Assembly (NCBI GenBank): GCA_965261545.1
Contig: CBDHDF010000007.1
Span: 288,001-352,000, forward strand
Direction: 5' to 3'
DNA: 64,000 nt
Origin: Bdellovibrionales bacterium
GTDB taxonomy: Bacteria; Bdellovibrionota; Bdellovibrionia; Bdellovibrionales; UBA1609
Shown: piece by piece, positions 20,209 to 30,837 of the stretch
How positions within the stretch are numbered: the first letter of the stretch is position 1
How the letters are laid out: the number at the start of each line of letters is the position of its first letter
Made by a program: the position numbers and the translations under genes
Notes under the pieces: generated by a model
Told to the model about the DNA's origin: nothing
Database searches by the model: none
Seen by the model: only the letters and a program-made list of their open reading frames with translations

Positions 20209-21765
20209 ATGGAATCTATTCGCCTACGCATCTTATTGGTGATGTTCGGGGCTCTTCTTTCTGTAGGAGGTTTTGGATACCTTACAGCCAAAGCCCATTT
20301 TCAGTATATAAGCTTGAACAAAGAACTTCTCAGTAGTCATGAATTGGTATATTTCGCCAAAATGATTTCTCATCACCCATCCTTTGAACAATCCACCTTT
20401 GAGAATATGAAGAAGTATCGCTCTCAACTTTCTCTTAAAAAGAGAGCTAAGACCTTCAGTGACCTCATTCAGTCTTATGCCGACAAAAATCATCCGCTGG
20501 TTCAGAAAAGAGTCAAGATTGTGATTCAAAATGAAGCTCAATATGTAAATAAAATTCAGGTAAAAACGAATCGTTTGGAGAAGAAGATTCAACTCTATGG
20601 ACTTGCCAGCCTTAGTGCCGTAGCTTTATTTATGGTGATTCTCTTTGCTTATATTCAAGCTTCAATATTTGCTCCTTTGAGAAATCTTTTTTGTAAAATG
20701 ATTGAATTTTTAAACAATCGCTACACTTATCAATTTACAAACCCTAGGCCCGATGAAGTTGGAAAGCTTCATGCCACATTCAATGCTCTCGCTCAAAGGG
20801 TGATAAGCAATATAGAGGAACTAAGGTCTCTTGACCGAGCTAAATCTGATTTTCTCAGTATTGCTAGCCATGAACTACGAACTCCTCTTACGTCTATTAA
20901 GGGTTCTTTGAGTTTACTAAAAAGTGGCGTGGTTGGAGAAGTCAACCCTCAAGTGACTCACCTGATGACCATTGCAGAGACAGAAACAGATCGCCTGATA
21001 AGATTAGTGAATGAAATTCTAGACCTTGCCAAAATTGGGGCAAAAAAGTTTCCATTAAATCGAAATTGGCACTCCTTAAATGATATTGTTGACCAAACTT
21101 TTGAAGCCATTGCGGGGTTGGCTCAAACGGCTGGCGTCCGACTGTCCTATGATAAGTTCCAAAATGTTGATATTTATGTGGATAACAATCGCATGCAACA
21201 AGTGTTTACGAATTTACTTTCCAATGCGATTAAGTATAGTCCCAAGGATGTTCCCGTAACAGTCTCTTCTTACATCAAACAAGAGCGACTTGTCATCGAA
21301 GTCCGTGACCAAGGCCGAGGTATTGCCCCTAAAGATCAGGAGCTTATTTTTGAACAATTCCGCCAAACCACAGGCCCCGACAATCCTCTCGTCAAAGGGA
21401 CGGGCCTGGGCCTCTCTATTGCCAAGGCCATTGTCGAGGAACATGGTGGCTATATTGGAGTTCATTCAGATTTAGGGCATGGTTGCGCCTTTTATTTTAT
21501 TCTTCCCCAGTGGAAGTTTGCTGAATTCACCCAAGAGGCCCTAACTGATGAAAAGGTCCCCGCTGATGAAAAGGTCCTCGCCGATGAAAAGGTCCCCGCT
21601 GATAAAAAGACCCTCGCTGATAAAAAGACCCTCGCTGATAAAAAGACCCTCGCTGATAAAAAGACCCTCGCCGATCAGAAAATCCCCACAAACCAGAAAA
21701 TTTCACCCCTCATAGGCCAAGAAGAAGCTCCCACAGGTCAAAAAGAAGTGCGAGAGATTTTATGA
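20209..21765 (+). CDS. Membrane sensor histidine kinase (2 TM, HAMP, HisKA, HATPase)
   Basis: ASHELRTPLTSI, NLLSNAIKYS, DQGRGI, GTGLGL. Confidence 0.92.
   Translation: MESIRLRILLVMFGALLSVGGFGYLTAKAHFQYISLNKELLSSHELVYFAKMISHHPSFEQSTFENMKKYRSQLSLKKRAKTFSDLIQSYADKNHPLVQKRVKIVIQNEAQYVNKIQVKTNRLEKKIQLYGLASLSAVALFMVILFAYIQASIFAPLRNLFCKMIEFLNNRYTYQFTNPRPDEVGKLHATFNALAQRVISNIEELRSLDRAKSDFLSIASHELRTPLTSIKGSLSLLKSGVVGEVNPQVTHLMTIAETETDRLIRLVNEILDLAKIGAKKFPLNRNWHSLNDIVDQTFEAIAGLAQTAGVRLSYDKFQNVDIYVDNNRMQQVFTNLLSNAIKYSPKDVPVTVSSYIKQERLVIEVRDQGRGIAPKDQELIFEQFRQTTGPDNPLVKGTGLGLSIAKAIVEEHGGYIGVHSDLGHGCAFYFILPQWKFAEFTQEALTDEKVPADEKVLADEKVPADKKTLADKKTLADKKTLADKKTLADQKIPTNQKISPLIGQEEAPTGQKEVREIL
21544..21705 (+). 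repeat. 18-bp in-frame tandem repeat (about 9 units) in the kinase tail
   Basis: TDEKVP-ADEKVL-ADEKVP-(ADKKTL)4-ADQKIP-TNQKIS. Confidence 0.9.
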
Positions 21766-22142
21766 GCATTGAAAACACACTGAAAGAACTCTATCTTAGC
21801 TATATTCAAAGCCTGCCTGAAAAAATTCAAGCCTTGGAAACCCATCTTCACAACAACGATCAGGTCGCCCTTCGAGACAACTTTCACCGCATGAAAGGCT
21901 CTGGTGCCACATACGGTGTCCCCGAGATATCTGAGCTTAGTGCTGTCATGGAGCAGCTTTGCAAAAGGGAGCATCTCGACCTCCAAAAGGTGATTCCTCC
22001 AGCCTTAAATATTCTCAACGACATCTATGGGAAAAGAAAACACTCCCCCCAAGAAAACTCAACTTTTAAGGACGCATCTAAGGTATCCCCTCCCTACATC
22101 CTTGAGGATGATCCAAGGTTCTTAGACTTAAAGACCTTTTAA
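21762..22142 (+). CDS. Hpt (histidine phosphotransfer) protein
   Basis: FHRMKGSGATYG motif. Confidence 0.88.
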   Translation: MSIENTLKELYLSYIQSLPEKIQALETHLHNNDQVALRDNFHRMKGSGATYGVPEISELSAVMEQLCKREHLDLQKVIPPALNILNDIYGKRKHSPQENSTFKDASKVSPPYILEDDPRFLDLKTF

Positions 22143-22199
22143 GACCAAACCTTTTAAAGCCTTTTAGTGAATTGTCTTAGCGAATCGTTCTTTGATCAG

Positions 22200-23161
22200 C
22201 AATTCCCGTCGAAAAATAGTTTAGGCCACAGTAGTGGCTTCCAAAAGATTCGCCTCAAAAAGAGTTCGTAGACTTTTGCCTAAGTATCTGTTTGAATATT
22301 TGTTGTTGCACATCAGACCAAGGAGGGTTCGTCATGTCGCATCAACATTTTAGAAAAGGTCTATCCGCTTCAGGAATGTATTCCCTGTTACACAGTAAAT
22401 CTCTTGCAGTTCCAGATATAAGATCGCAGCGTCCCCATAGGATTCCTCTGAGCGATGCCATTATGTCATCGTGGCAATGTTTGCCTTGAAAGATCCATCC
22501 ATGCTTCAGTTTTGTGATCGTGTCCATGACCCAGTGGCAAAAAACAACCTACACCATTTGTTTCAAATAGGCCAAATTCCTAGTGATACGGCTATGCGAG
22601 AGATTTTAGATCCTGTTCCAACCCGTGAGTTTCAAAATTTTTTTAAATCTTTGTTTACCGTAGCTCAAAGAGGGAAGGTTTTGGAGGGTTACCCATATTT
22701 GGGTGGAAAATATCTTCTCAGCATTGATGGAACAGGTGCCTTTAGCTCCTCGACTATTCATTGTGAGAATTGTTGTATAAAGAATCATCGTGATGAGACG
22801 AAGACCTACTATCATCAAATGTTAGCAGGAGTGATTGTTCACCCCGATAAGAAACAGGTTATACCTATTGCTCCAGAGCCCATTTCAAACACAGATGGAT
22901 CGAGCAAAAATGATTGTGAGCGTAATGCAGCCAAACGACTCCTTGAAGATTTTCGCAGGGAACACCCTCACCTTCCAGTGATTGTTATTGAGGATGGATT
23001 GGCTTCCAATGCTCCTCACATCACTCTTCTTAACGAATTAAAATTAAGTTATATTTTAGGCTGTAAGATGGGGGACCACAAAGTTTTATTTGAGTTTGTA
23101 AATGGAGCAGATAGCTTAGGAACAGTTTCTCACTTCACCGTGGTAGAGAATGGAGTGACAC
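22200..23161 (+). mobile_element. Truncated ISNCY-type element; transposase from 22334 is frameshifted near 22470 and cut at 23161
   Basis: MSHQHFRKGLSA.../AMFALKDPSMLQF, PSDT.MR..LD, SIDGTG, K.DCE.NAAKR, EDGL; left boundary approximate. Confidence 0.75.
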
Positions 23162-23412
23162 CATAGGTGTTCGTGGTTTTTTATTCTTTCATAGCAAGAC
23201 CTTTTTAGCCATATTCATTGATGTTTTTCGCCGTCGGTAGTTTGTGTCATAAATTTCATGGGAGAATATCTTGATCTTCTCTATCAAAATATTTAAATAC
23301 TTTTGAGATGAGCTTAGGAGATATTTGATAAAATCAGAGGCTAATAAGACGGTAACCTTAGCAACTCTTTGAAACGATGTGGAGTCATTTTGTTCCTTAT
23401 TGAGTTTAGTTC
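23162..23412 (-). mobile_element. Right-end fragment of another IS (probably IS4 family), interrupted at 23413
   Basis: Minus-strand open frame ending YRRRKTSMNMAKKVLL*; CAT-starting end abruptly truncates the ISNCY ORF. Confidence 0.5.
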
Positions 23413-25125
23413 GTAACATTCATGGGGGCGCCTTGCTTCCCCACCCACGCCCATGAATCTTATCTAGGCCCCCACTTCTTTGCACGAAGCAACTCGGTGG
23501 ACAGCTTCGCTGGTCTATATAATTGGCCTCTTTTAGTTACTCTGGACTTTTGATGGTATTTTTGTCATGTATGATTCCGATACAATAAAGGATAAAGCAA
23601 TAACATTATTGGAAGGTGATAAGATGAGTGGCCGTTGAATAGATTGGTAATTTTAATTCCGTGAAGTAACATGGTCTTGAGCTTTGGATCGAACCCACGC
23701 ATGTACCTGCACTCTGAGTGTATGGACGTATAGTAAGTTGACCTATTTTCGCATTATTTTAGAATTTATGGCAAAATCCCAAGGCTCTAGTTTTATCACC
23801 TTCTTTTTTTCTAACAGAAAGGAGGAGTCATGTGGATATTATTTATAGTTCTGTTTGTGGAATAGATGTTCATCAACATATGTTGATGTGTACGATTGTC
23901 AAAGTGGAAGACGGTAAGAAGAAGTTTTTCACAAAAGAGTTCAAGAATTTTCCAAAAAATTTTCCTAGAATGCGCTCTTGGATGAAGCCACATAAGGTTG
24001 AGAGAGTTCTTTTTGAGAGCACAGGGATTTATTGGAATTCTTTATACGATGATTTGACAGAAAAAGGTTATGAAGTAGATGTTATCAATGCCTTTCATGT
24101 CAAAAATATTACTGGTAAAAAAACTGACGTGTTGGATAGCCAGTGGATTGCAGAGCTTGGTGCTTGTGGTCTTCTAAGAGCTAGCTTCATTCCTCCACGT
24201 GAGATTCGTTCTATTAGACTTTTGGCTCGTTATCGTACAAAAACGATCCGCCAAATATCTTCGGAACAAAATCGTATGTATAAGGTTCTTGAATATTCAG
24301 GCATTCGTTTAACCTATGCAATGTCTAAAGCTGACTGCGTATCTGGTATGGCCATGATTCGTGCCATAGCTAATGGAGAGAGATCAGTTTCTAAATTGAT
24401 GTCTCTTGCCAGAGGGTCTTTACGTCAAAAGACCGAAGAATTTTCTTACGCCCTGTCGGGAAAGATGACGGAAGAAAATCGTTTTGTTCTTCAACGCATT
24501 CTTGATCGAATAGATTTTTTGAAAAAAGAATGCTCTCAAATTGAAGAAGAACTTTTCATTCGTATGAAACCCTATGAAAGGCAGTGGCATCTACTCCAGA
24601 CTATACCTGGAATTGACGAATTAAGTGCAGCGCTTTTGATTGCAGAAATAGGAGGCAATGTGAAGTCTTTTAAAAATAAAGGAAATTTTTGCTCCTGGAT
24701 GGGGATTTGCCCATCCAATAATGAGAGCGCAGGAAAAAAAGTCTTCACGAACGAGGAAAGCGAACACATATGTGAAATCGTTGGTATGTGAGATGGCCAA
24801 TAGTGCTATTAAGACGAATTCACAATTCAAAGGCAAATACCAATCACTTGTTATAAGGCGTGGGCACAAGAGATCAGTGATTGCCGTTGGTCACAAAATG
24901 ATGGGAGTTGTTTATTCAGTCATAAGTAATGACACCCCCTACAAAGACCCTGGAATTGACTATGAAAAGCTCATGGTGAAAAAAAATGCACCAAGGTGGA
25001 TTAGAGCGTTAAAAAAGTATGATTTCATGTAATGTAGGATGATTTAAAAACTCGGACATTTGAAAAAATTCGAAGAACGGATAGTGGATTCGTGCGTCCA
25101 AACTACCCCGGAGATTCATAGTAAC
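23413..25125 (+). mobile_element. IS110-family element, copy 1 (transposase frameshifted)
   Basis: Bounded by GTAAC at both ends; near-identical to 55399-57107; A7 instead of A9 near 24734. Confidence 0.95.
23832..25032 (+). pseudogene. IS110 recombinase, frameshifted
   Basis: Split into 23832-24791 and 24721-25032 at the poly-A run. Confidence 0.88.
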
Positions 25126-25172
25126 TCTTTGAAACGATGTGGAGTCATTTTGTTCCTTATTGAGTTTAGTTC
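25126..25172 (+). repeat. 47-bp duplicate of the left flank (23366-23412) trapped between IS110 copies 1 and 2
   Basis: TCTTTGAAACGATG...GAGTTTAGTTC is identical in both places. Confidence 0.95.
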
Positions 25173-26881
25173 GTAACATTCATGGGGGCGCCTTGCTTCC
25201 CCACCCACGCCCATGAATCTTATCTAGGCCCCCACTTCTTTGCACGAAGCAACTCGGTGGACAGCTTCGCTGGTCTATATAATTGGCCTCTTTTAGTTAC
25301 TCTGGACTTTTGATGGTATTTTTGTCATGTATGATTCCGATACAATAAAGGATAAAGCAATAACATTATTGGAAGGTGATAAGATGAGTGGCCGTTGAAT
25401 AGATTGGTAATTTTAATTCCGTGAAGTAACATGGTCTTGAGCTTTGGATCGAACCCACGCATGTACCTGCACTCTGAGTGTATGGACGTATAGTAAGTTG
25501 ACCTATTTTCGCTTTAGAATTTATGGCAAAATCCCAAGGCTCTAGTTTTATCACCTTCTTTTTTTCTAACAGAAAGGAGGAGTCATGTGGATATTATTTA
25601 TAGTTCTGTTTGTGGAATAGATGTTCATCAACATATGTTGATGTGTACGATTGTCAAAGTGGAAGACGGTAAGAAGAAGTTTTTCACAAAAGAGTTCAAG
25701 AATTTTCCAAAAAATTTTCCTAGAATGCGCTCTTGGATGAAGCCACATAAGGTTGAGAGAGTTCTTTTTGAGAGCACAGGGATTTATTGGAATTCTTTAT
25801 ACGATGATTTGACAGAAAAAGGTTATGAAGTAGATGTTATCAATGCCTTTCATGTCAAAAATATTACTGGTAAAAAAACTGACGTGTTGGATAGCCAGTG
25901 GATTGCAGAGCTTGGTGCTTGTGGTCTTCTAAGAGCTAGCTTCATTCCTCCACGTGAGATTCGTTCTATTAGACTTTTGGCTCGTTATCGTACAAAAACG
26001 ATCCGCCAAATATCTTCGGAACAAAATCGTATGTATAAGGTTCTTGAATATTCAGGCATTCGTTTAACCTATGCAATGTCTAAAGCTGACTGCGTATCTG
26101 GTATGGCCATGATTCGTGCCATAGCTAATGGAGAGAGATCAGTTTCTAAATTGATGTCTCTTGCCAGAGGGTCTTTACGTCAAAAGACCGAAGAATTTTC
26201 TTACGCCCTGTCGGGAAAGATGACGGAAGAAAATCGTTTTGTTCTTCAACGCATTCTTGATCGAATAGATTTTTTGAAAAAAGAATGCTCTCAAATTGAA
26301 GAAGAACTTTTCATTCGTATGAAACCCTATGAAAGGCAGTGGCATCTACTCCAGACTATACCTGGAATTGACGAATTAAGTGCAGCGCTTTTGATTGCAG
26401 AAATAGGAGGCAATGTGAAGTCTTTTAAAAATAAAGGAAATTTTTGCTCCTGGATGGGGATTTGCCCATCCAATAATGAGAGCGCAGGAAAAAAAGTCTT
26501 CACGAACGAGGAAAGCGAAACACATATGTGAAATCGTTGGTATGTGAGATGGCCAATAGTGCTATTAAGACGAATTCACAATTCAAAGGCAAATACCAAT
26601 CACTTGTTATAAGGCGTGGGCACAAGAGATCAGTGATTGCCGTTGGTCACAAAATGATGGGAGTTGTTTATTCAGTCATAAGTAATGACACCCCCTACAA
26701 AGACCCTGGAATTGACTATGAAAAGCTCATGGTGAAAAAAAATGCACCAAGGTGGATTAGAGCGTTAAAAAAGTATGATTTCATGTAATGTAGGATGATT
26801 TAAAAACTCGGACATTTGAAAAAATTCGAAGAACGGATAGTGGATTCGTGCGTCCAAACTACCCCGGAGATTCATAGTAAC
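25173..26881 (+). mobile_element. IS110-family element, copy 2 (transposase frameshifted), right end fused to the IS66 left TIR
   Basis: ...GATTCATA-GTAAC-TATTCAGGGGGTG junction; A7 run plus one extra A. Confidence 0.95.
25587..26788 (+). pseudogene. IS110 recombinase, frameshifted
   Basis: Split into 25587-26531 and 26528-26788. Confidence 0.88.
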
Positions 26882-27772
26882 TATTCAGGGGGTGCCGCAT
26901 TAATTCGAACAATTTTTTTAAAAAAAGTATAAAAATTCTTGACAAGTTTTTGAAGCAAACGACCTCTTTCATTTGTTCTTTATCGAATATGTTCCTGCAT
27001 ATGCCTTAAACTCTCTGAGAGCCATAGTATTGAAAGATTGTGAAACATAGGTCGCGGGGGGCACTTCTCATTCCTTTTGCTTCTTAGAACGAATCCTAGT
27101 GCATTTTTTTTAATGAAAAAAAGGCATGTTAATATTTTCATAAGGTAAGTATGAAAATAGAAATATTGACGTGTCTTCAGCCATAAATAAAATCAGGAAG
27201 CTTCTTAAGAAAGAGAAGTCCCTTTCTCCCGCTTTTATTGTGGCCATTGAGTTGTTGATCAAAATCATCACTATTCTAGTAAATCAAAAAAAATTAAATA
27301 GTCAAAACAGTAGTATTGCCCCTTCTCAAGATCCGAATGGCCCTAAAAAGAAACCTAAGGAAGAAACTGGTAAGAAGCCAGGAGGACAACCCGGACACGA
27401 AGGAGCTACTTTAAAACCCGTGGATACTCCAGACAAGGTGGAGTTCATTTCTATTAATAAAGAGGAACTTCCTCCAGGTGATTACATTTCTTCTGGAGTT
27501 GAAAAGCGTCAAGTATTTGAGGTAGACCTTTCTGTGCATGTCACGGAGTATCAAGGAGAAATCCTCGAAGACCAAGATGGGAATCAGTGGGTTGCAGGTT
27601 TTCCAGAAGGAATCAATAACCCAACTCAATATGGCCCTTCTGTGAAAGCTCACTCAGTTTATATGTCCCAGTTTCAGTTAATCCCTCATCTTCGAGTCGC
27701 AAGTTACTTTAATCAATGGGGTCTATCGCTTGCTGGATCTACGGTACACAATTTTAACAAATCTGCCTTTGA
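26877..27772 (+). mobile_element. Truncated IS66-family element (left part)
   Basis: Matches the element starting at 58807 up to ...TGCCTTTGA; 1-nt deletion near the start codon. Confidence 0.92.
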
Positions 27773-27941
27773 TGTTAGGCGCCAATTAAAATTTGAGGGA
27801 AAAAGCTACCGATTGAAGGAAGCTTCAAACCGACTTGTCAAGATAAAAAATTAAAGGTAGGGTGAGCCCATCTTGTCAGATCGCCCTAAATGGCCTGGTT
27901 TGCCCGCCCACAAATGGCCTGGTTTAACCCGCCCATCGGGG
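27773..27941 (+). mobile_element. istB: IS21-family remnant: IstB C-terminus and right end
   Basis: FEGKSYRLKEA...* followed by two tandem ~24-bp repeats AAATGGCCTGGTTT..CCCGCCCA, as typical of IS21 ends. Confidence 0.7.
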
Positions 27942-28924
27942 TTAACTCACCAAAAGCATCTTCAATTTTCCACAATTCTTTGTAGTTGATAATAATCTCA
28001 TCTGCCGTCAAGTCTTTGACATTTGTAAGGACGGCAAAAAAACCATCAATTTTTTCATCTAATTCTATTTGTTCTGCATTTAATTCAGGTTTTTTATTTT
28101 TGTCGTCAGCCATCTTTACATATTTCTTATAACCTTTATTGGAAACAAAAGTACTAGACTGAACACCTTTAGAAGATAGTTTTCCTTCGATCTTTTCAAG
28201 AAGGGATTCTCTAGATTTTTTATCTCTCTCTGCTCTTTTCCTAGACCAAGTCACAATACATCTATGCCCCCCATGGTCTGTTTCGTAAACAGCAAGCTCA
28301 TTCTCATATACCCAGCTAAAACGATTTAAATCATAGACCTCTTGTTTCTTTTCTTTTTTTAAAGATCCAAGCTTCATACCAACAATAAACTCGCTTTGAT
28401 CCTCACTGAGTTTGTCAGTATTAGCCTTTGATAAAAGCCCCCTATCAGCCACAAAAATGAAACGGCGTACATTAAACTTTTTTCTCATTTTATCAACAAT
28501 ATCTGAAAGCGTCTTGCCTTCAAAAGTATTACCAGGGAAAACCTCAAAACCTAAAGGGATGCCATCCCGATTCACCAACAAACCAAAGACAACTTGGGTG
28601 CAGTCTGATCGTCTCTCTTTACTATAGCCAAATTGACGAAGTTTCCCTAAGTCTGTTCTTGTACTCTCGAAGCGTAAGGTTGTTAAATCATACAACACAA
28701 TGTCTACTTGGAAATTAAATAAATCTCGCCCCACCCAATAAAGCGAGTTCTCTATTTCATCCTTATGGGAGGCAAGTAAGTCCATAGACCGATAAATATG
28801 CTGGAGACTCAAATCACCCTTAATCATGTCTGGGTAAAAAGATTTTTGCCAATACTCAAAAACCTTTAACTTGGAACTAGGAGCAATAAATCGGCTGGCA
28901 ACTAAGGTAAAAATCACCTTACAT
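27942..28924 (-). mobile_element. IS1634-family element, internal/distal part of the minus-strand copy
   Basis: Reverse complement of part of the 29105-30766 transposase; truncated at 27942. Confidence 0.9.
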
Positions 28925-30837
28925 CCCGAGTTTGACAGCAGCATCTGCGTTAAAATGCGAAATTTCCAGAAATTGGGGTTGTACTGAAATATAATGGTAG
29001 CTGCTGGAAAAATTAAAATTGACGTAAAAAAAGTGTAGAAAACAAAATAGGATTTTATCGTTTTAAATATTGATATATCATAGAAATATGTAGAAAATAT
29101 CCTCATGTACATCCAAACGACTAAAAACTCAAAAGGTCAGTGCTACTACCACCTTGTGGAGTCCTACAGAGAAAAAGGCAAATCCAAAAAACGCATGCTC
29201 ATGTCCTTAGGTAAGGCTGGAGAAGGAGGAGAGGATAAGATTAATAGTTTGGCGCAGGCCGTATCCCGCCACCGAGAGCTTCTCACTGTGAGTCAATTGG
29301 CTAAGGAGCTTTACATCGAAGAGACTTTCATTTTGGGTCCCTTGCTGATTTTACAAAAGTTGTTTGATCAACTGGGTATCAATAAGACCCTCAAAGACAT
29401 AAAAGATTCTCATGAGAAAGTTCAATTTGATTTATGTAAGGTGATTTTTACCTTAGTTGCCATCCGATTTATTGCTCCTAGTTCCAAGTTAAAGGTTTTT
29501 GAGTATTGGCAAAAATCTTTTTACCCAGACATGATTAAGGGTGATTTGAGTCTCCAGCATATTTATCGGTCTATGGACTTACTTGCCTCCCATAAGGATG
29601 AAATAGAGAACTCGCTTTATTGGGTGGGGCGAGATTTATTTAATTTCCAAGTAGACATTGTGTTGTATGATTTAACAACCTTACGCTTCGAGAGTACAAG
29701 AACAGACTTAGGGAAACTTCGTCAATTTGGCTATAGTAAAGAGAGACGATCAGACTGCACCCAAGTTGTCTTTGGTTTGTTGGTGAATCGGGATGGCATC
29801 CCTTTAGGTTTTGAGGTTTTCCCTGGTAATACTTTTGAAGGCAAGACGCTTTCAGATATTGTTGATAAAATGAGAAAAAAGTTTAATGTACGCCGTTTCA
29901 TTTTTGTGGCTGATAGGGGGCTTTTATCAAAGGCTAATACTGACAAACTCAGTGAGGATCAAAGCGAGTTTATTGTTGGTATGAAGCTTGGATCTTTAAA
30001 AAAAGAAAAGAAACAAGAGGTCTATGATTTAAATCGTTTTAGCTGGGTATATGAGAATGAGCTTGCTGTTTACGAAACAGACCATGGGGGGCATAGATGT
30101 ATTGTGACTTGGTCTAGGAAAAGAGCAGAGAGGGATAAAAAATCTAGAGAATCCCTTCTTGAAAAGATCGAAGGAAAACTATCTTCTAAAGGTGTTCAGT
30201 CTAGTACTTTTGTTTCCAATAAAGGTTATAAGAAATATGTAAAGATGGCTGACGACAAAAATAAAAAACCTGAATTAAATGCAGAACAAATAGAATTAGA
30301 TGAAAAAATTGATGGTTTTTTTGCCGTCCTTACAAATGTCAAAGACTTGACGGCAGATGAGATTATTATCAACTACAAAGAATTGTGGAAAATTGAAGAT
30401 GCTTTTGGTGAGTTAAAAGGGACTTTGAAAACACGTCCTGTTTTCCATTGGACAGACCAGAGGATTATTGGACATTTAACTCTATGCTTTTTAACTTATC
30501 TTTGTGAGGCCCACCTTACAAAATGTTTAAGAGATAAGAAGATGAACCTAAAAAGCCCAGCCATAGGCATTGGTCATGTTAAAGAGCGACCTTTAACTGT
30601 TGTAGAGGCCATGAGGGAACTCAAGGAAGTTAGGGCTATCCCTGTTAAAATTCGTGATCAAGTCATTTGGACCCGCACAGATATCACTGGCAATGCCAAC
30701 TCCTTATTTAAAGCCGCAGGCGTCCCCATCCCTCCCAGAATCCTTAATGCCCACAAGTGTGGATAAACAAAATACAACTATATGCGTTAATCCTTTAATA
30801 TCATTCGTTTGACGCAGATGCTGCTGTCAAACTCGGG
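28925..30837 (+). mobile_element. Complete IS1634-family element (1913 bp)
   Basis: 26-bp perfect TIR CCCGAGTTTGACAGCAGCATCTGCGT; flanked by a 248-bp direct repeat (28677-28924 and 30838-31085). Confidence 0.93.
29105..30766 (+). CDS. IS1634-family transposase
   Basis: LVESYR, YDLTT..FE, FGYSKE.R.D..QV, VADRGL, YK.LWKIEDAF..LK..L..RPVFHW. Confidence 0.93.
   Translation: MYIQTTKNSKGQCYYHLVESYREKGKSKKRMLMSLGKAGEGGEDKINSLAQAVSRHRELLTVSQLAKELYIEETFILGPLLILQKLFDQLGINKTLKDIKDSHEKVQFDLCKVIFTLVAIRFIAPSSKLKVFEYWQKSFYPDMIKGDLSLQHIYRSMDLLASHKDEIENSLYWVGRDLFNFQVDIVLYDLTTLRFESTRTDLGKLRQFGYSKERRSDCTQVVFGLLVNRDGIPLGFEVFPGNTFEGKTLSDIVDKMRKKFNVRRFIFVADRGLLSKANTDKLSEDQSEFIVGMKLGSLKKEKKQEVYDLNRFSWVYENELAVYETDHGGHRCIVTWSRKRAERDKKSRESLLEKIEGKLSSKGVQSSTFVSNKGYKKYVKMADDKNKKPELNAEQIELDEKIDGFFAVLTNVKDLTADEIIINYKELWKIEDAFGELKGTLKTRPVFHWTDQRIIGHLTLCFLTYLCEAHLTKCLRDKKMNLKSPAIGIGHVKERPLTVVEAMRELKEVRAIPVKIRDQVIWTRTDITGNANSLFKAAGVPIPPRILNAHKCG

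Noticed and set aside
21544..21705. Repeat array as a possible CRISPR
   Set aside because: No spacers, in-frame coding repeat, and no cas genes in the window.
27886..29112. 408-aa ORF as an independent transposase
   Set aside because: Chimera of the antisense left end of the inserted IS1634 and the interrupted minus-strand copy.
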